From a virus (lineage: Duplodnaviria; Caudoviricetes), in IMG/VR virus record IMGVR_UViG_3300023440_000006, positions 1 through 61,594 of that record: 61,594 nucleotides of DNA. One strand, 5' to 3'. The notes beneath the pieces are model-generated. The model saw only the letters and a program-made list of their open reading frames with translations, searched no databases and was not told where the DNA came from. Positions 58,396 through 61,594 of this stretch are shown in pieces. A program made the position numbers and the translations under genes. The stretch's first letter is position 1; each line of letters begins with the position of its first letter.

Positions 58396-60696
58396 TTATA
58401 AATTATAGTCAACTTGATGAGTTAGTGGACCAGATGGAAAACCAGATATAGTGCTAGGAGGCACCGCGTTGCCAGGGTCAGCTATATCAACAGGTCCACT
58501 AAAACATACAGGGCCATCGCTACTCTTTCGGCCAGTTACAATGATATATCTGTTTACCCCAGCTGGAAGATTAAGGAAAGTTGAGTTTTCATCAAATCGC
58601 TGTTCAAGTCCAGATACCGTAAGCACCCATGGACCAGTTTGAAGCGCTGATAGATATACATCAAAAACTGCATCCTTGGGATGTTTAGTCCATTCAAGAT
58701 AGGTGCTGCTACTTGTTATGTTTACAGTTGTAATGGTTGGCTCATAGTCATTGTATTTGTGAATAACTGGCCAGATACCATAGCCCGTGTGACGTTGTAC
58801 GATGCCTCGTACAGATCCAGGAGAGATGAGACCCCCACAGCTTTCTAAAATATTGGCGGGGATCTCTATAAAATAACTTGCAGCTCCTGGGTATGGATAT
58901 CCATCCCACATGCCAATGTCCCAGTTCCATGCAACTTCGGGCTGGATAGTGTCGAGTTCTGTTTCTTTATTATCTCCAATGCCACCCCCACGTAGGCGAA
59001 TATCATTTAGAACAAGACTATTAGGCTGAATTGCTTCACGAATATATATTTCACCTAGAATAAGGAATGCTTGTGGGTTGGGGTTTCCTTGTACTGTGTA
59101 GTTAGCAACAAAGTCCACAGAGTTAGCTGGAGCCCAGGAAACTGTAGAGGGGTCACGGTCATACCATAGTTGACCATTTTCAATAGCAGTTTGAACTTCA
59201 ACCCCATCGAATAGGGAAGCCTCAACCCCATCAATATTATAATTAGACTCAACAACAACACCGTCTTCATTAACGATAAGATAGAAGAGGGTTTGGGTAA
59301 GTGTGCTGCCTAACGGTTCTGGACGCACAAATACTACAACGCGCTGCTTAACTAGTTCAGTATTAGCTAGCGGATTGAGGTTGATAAACGAGATTTCATA
59401 TTTATCTTCCTCGTAGTAATAGGAAGATCTAATAATATCGGTGCTTTCTATTTCAAATCCAGCAGGTAAAACGATGAAGCCATTAAGACCATCAATAGAT
59501 GACCCAGCTACTGGATTAGTTCCATCATTCAGGTCTACGCCTGCTACAGATGAGTTACCTAGTTGTACATTTGCATAATTAATACCAGCTATAGGAGATG
59601 GCTGACCAACCTTAGCCGGGTCAGAGGTTATAGCAAAACGTAGGTTTTCATTTTTATCATATACAAAAATGTCTACATATAGATCTTCATCTGTATTTTG
59701 GACAATTCTATTTTTGATTGTTTTAATAGTGCGTCGATTAACTCGAGATGAAGATTCAGTTGAGAGCTTAAACGGAAAGAAGGGAGCAAAGTTCTGAACT
59801 CCAAACTCAGCAATTCTATACTTAAAAACAGAATCAGCACTAAGACCAACATTGACAGAAGAGATAAAGTTACTGTTCTGAACACTTACAAACCATGGAT
59901 CATCTGCAGTGCTAGAAGGCGGCACGACTAAGCGTAAGCGTTGTTCTTGTATACGACGAATTCCATAGTTGGCTGTAAGAGGTAGACGAACTGTAAAATT
60001 AGCTCCGATATCCTCCTGGATGATGTAGACTTTTGCATTAGGTAAAAAGTTGCCAAAACTATCTAGATCAGCAAACGTAGCTATTCGATAAACAGGCTCA
60101 TTGCTAATAAGTTCAGTAAAGCGAGTTAATAGACCAGTGCCAGTATTGCGCACTAGATAAGTGATATAAAAAAGATCATATAGTCCAGTAATTTCACTAA
60201 AAGAGTTAATAAGATTGTTGTATACAACACCTTCATTAGTATCAATTTTTAACTCAATTAGAGTTACAGGCTGAAAATTTGTATCTAGAACTTGAATGTC
60301 GGCAAATACTTCATTCGCAGCAAGGGGCCTGTTAATAACATGCTGATAAAAAAGAGGTAACTCAGGTTGATTACCAATTGGATCAGTAAAGACATCAGTA
60401 ACAAGAAATTGTTCTGTTTCGATATTAAAGCCATCGACGGACTTAAGGACTTGATCAGTGTTGCGACTTATGGCTCTATTCTCAGGCAGTACTGTAGACC
60501 GGTCTCGGATCGAAAGATTCTCATCACTATGAAGTGCCTGGCCATGAATAAAAGCAAGATTAAGATTGTTAGAACTGCTTGTGGTCTTAAACTGCACGGA
60601 TTCCCTACGCTTCTGGATATTCAGAAATACGTCAGAGATCCAAGTTTTAGACAGCTTATTGGCTGTAAACTGATGTCCTGCAGTTGATATCGTCAT
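58396..60696 (-). CDS. putative virion structural protein
   Basis: DIR.RGGG, WDIG.WDGYPYP; ends in PLTHQVDYNL; within the structural block. Confidence 0.7.
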   Translation of the reverse strand: MTISTAGHQFTANKLSKTWISDVFLNIQKRRESVQFKTTSSSNNLNLAFIHGQALHSDENLSIRDRSTVLPENRAISRNTDQVLKSVDGFNIETEQFLVTDVFTDPIGNQPELPLFYQHVINRPLAANEVFADIQVLDTNFQPVTLIELKIDTNEGVVYNNLINSFSEITGLYDLFYITYLVRNTGTGLLTRFTELISNEPVYRIATFADLDSFGNFLPNAKVYIIQEDIGANFTVRLPLTANYGIRRIQEQRLRLVVPPSSTADDPWFVSVQNSNFISSVNVGLSADSVFKYRIAEFGVQNFAPFFPFKLSTESSSRVNRRTIKTIKNRIVQNTDEDLYVDIFVYDKNENLRFAITSDPAKVGQPSPIAGINYANVQLGNSSVAGVDLNDGTNPVAGSSIDGLNGFIVLPAGFEIESTDIIRSSYYYEEDKYEISFINLNPLANTELVKQRVVVFVRPEPLGSTLTQTLFYLIVNEDGVVVESNYNIDGVEASLFDGVEVQTAIENGQLWYDRDPSTVSWAPANSVDFVANYTVQGNPNPQAFLILGEIYIREAIQPNSLVLNDIRLRGGGIGDNKETELDTIQPEVAWNWDIGMWDGYPYPGAASYFIEIPANILESCGGLISPGSVRGIVQRHTGYGIWPVIHKYNDYEPTITTVNITSSSTYLEWTKHPKDAVFDVYLSALQTGPWVLTVSGLEQRFDENSTFLNLPAGVNRYIIVTGRKSSDGPVCFSGPVDIADPGNAVPPSTISGFPSGPLTHQVDYNL

Positions 60697-60707
60697 ACAT
60701 ACCTAGC

Positions 60708-61594
60708 TTATTGTGGAGTCAGGTTAAGAGCATCTTCTAGGCTATCATAGATGATATCTACCCATAACTCTCGAACATTCAGAGTTGTTAAGCCATTAGC
60801 TACTTGTACAAGTACATAGTACTGGTAATCACCCGCAGTAACACTAGTGCTTAGTGTTACTGCTCCAGCTGTTCCATAGTCTATCACTATGCCGTTATGA
60901 AATGTAGCCCCACTTGAACCTCCACTACTAAAGAGGTTCGGTGAGTTTACTGGAAAATCTCCACCACCTGCAAGTGTTTTTCTTTGTCTAACCTGGAGAA
61001 AAAAAGGATCTGAACTTGATGAACGAATAAACGATCCTCCAACAGCTTTCAGTCTGCCGCCATAGCCTCTTGGCATTGCCCAGTAGCCATAGTCATCGTT
61101 TCCACCACCGGATGGACCAGCCCCATCAATATGTCTGTCATCAACAAAGAGAAGTTCACTAGCAGGGTCACTATTTACATTTGGCAGTATGATACCACCA
61201 GTGATATCAATTCGATGCCTCATGATAAAGCCACTGCCACTGTAGCTTTTAATGCTGTCAGTTCTTATGTTTTTAGATCTTAGAATACCTGTTCCTGCAG
61301 AGTCAAAGGTAAATATCTGATTCCCAGAATCATAGCTTAGCGTTCCCTCGAAGTCTGCGATATTATCTCTCTCAAAATTGATAGAGTGCTGTGAGAGCCT
61401 TAGGCTTGCTGCACGAATTGGTTCATCGTTATCAACAGTATTTGTCTGAGAGGTAAACATGAACCAACGATCATCAGGACTATATGTAATACGACCCTGA
61501 CGTGCATGCCCTAGCCCTCCAGGCGAATTTTTTGTAGAAGCAATTTGGATTTCACTTGCACGAAGCGGGGCAGTTGTTGTTTCATCGTTTTCAA
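60708..61594 (-). CDS. putative tail-fibre or virion protein, 5'-truncated by the window edge
   Basis: The frame stays open beyond 61460 to the window end; internal repeat P.RA.....G..Y....F.F. Confidence 0.65.
   Translation of the reverse strand, partial: ENDETTTAPLRASEIQIASTKNSPGGLGHARQGRITYSPDDRWFMFTSQTNTVDNDEPIRAASLRLSQHSINFERDNIADFEGTLSYDSGNQIFTFDSAGTGILRSKNIRTDSIKSYSGSGFIMRHRIDITGGIILPNVNSDPASELLFVDDRHIDGAGPSGGGNDDYGYWAMPRGYGGRLKAVGGSFIRSSSSDPFFLQVRQRKTLAGGGDFPVNSPNLFSSGGSSGATFHNGIVIDYGTAGAVTLSTSVTAGDYQYYVLVQVANGLTTLNVRELWVDIIYDSLEDALNLTPQ

Noticed and set aside
324-60687. Many 60-130 aa antisense or nested ORFs in the track
   Set aside because: They lie inside well-supported genes, lack SDs and have no recognisable motifs.

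Overview
A gene-dense, AT-rich (roughly 37-38% GC by eye) segment of a large tailed bacteriophage, probably a jumbo phage. A bacterial host is indicated by DnaE, RecA, a sigma-like factor, a peptidoglycan amidase and Shine-Dalgarno sites. Bases 1-26580 are read on + and hold replication and nucleotide-metabolism genes: ClpP, a Whirly-like protein, RNase H, SSB, a Ycf46-type AAA module, radical SAM, dNMP kinase, RecA, a DnaE split into two genes, ThyX, an IMPDH/GMPR-like enzyme, PhoH and dUTPase. Bases 26599-61594 are read on - and hold a sigma-like factor, five PD-(D/E)xK-type nucleases, an endolysin, a DnaG-DnaB fusion, holin-like genes, a six-gene glycosylation cluster, a class II RNR, an actin homolog and large virion-type proteins. 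The most unusual items are (i) a phage protein that follows the plant organellar Whirly ssDNA-binding fold motif by motif, next to RNase H and SSB; (ii) a volactin-like actin with a candidate adaptor; (iii) an intein-free split of DnaE into a PHP gene and a polymerase gene; (iv) a GDP-sugar, 4-glycosyltransferase and methyltransferase cluster; (v) an L-x-H-Q repeat motif shared by distant virion-type genes; and (vi) a palindrome-rich GC island. No tRNA, rRNA or CRISPR array was seen. All family assignments come from motif recognition by eye, not from database searches.
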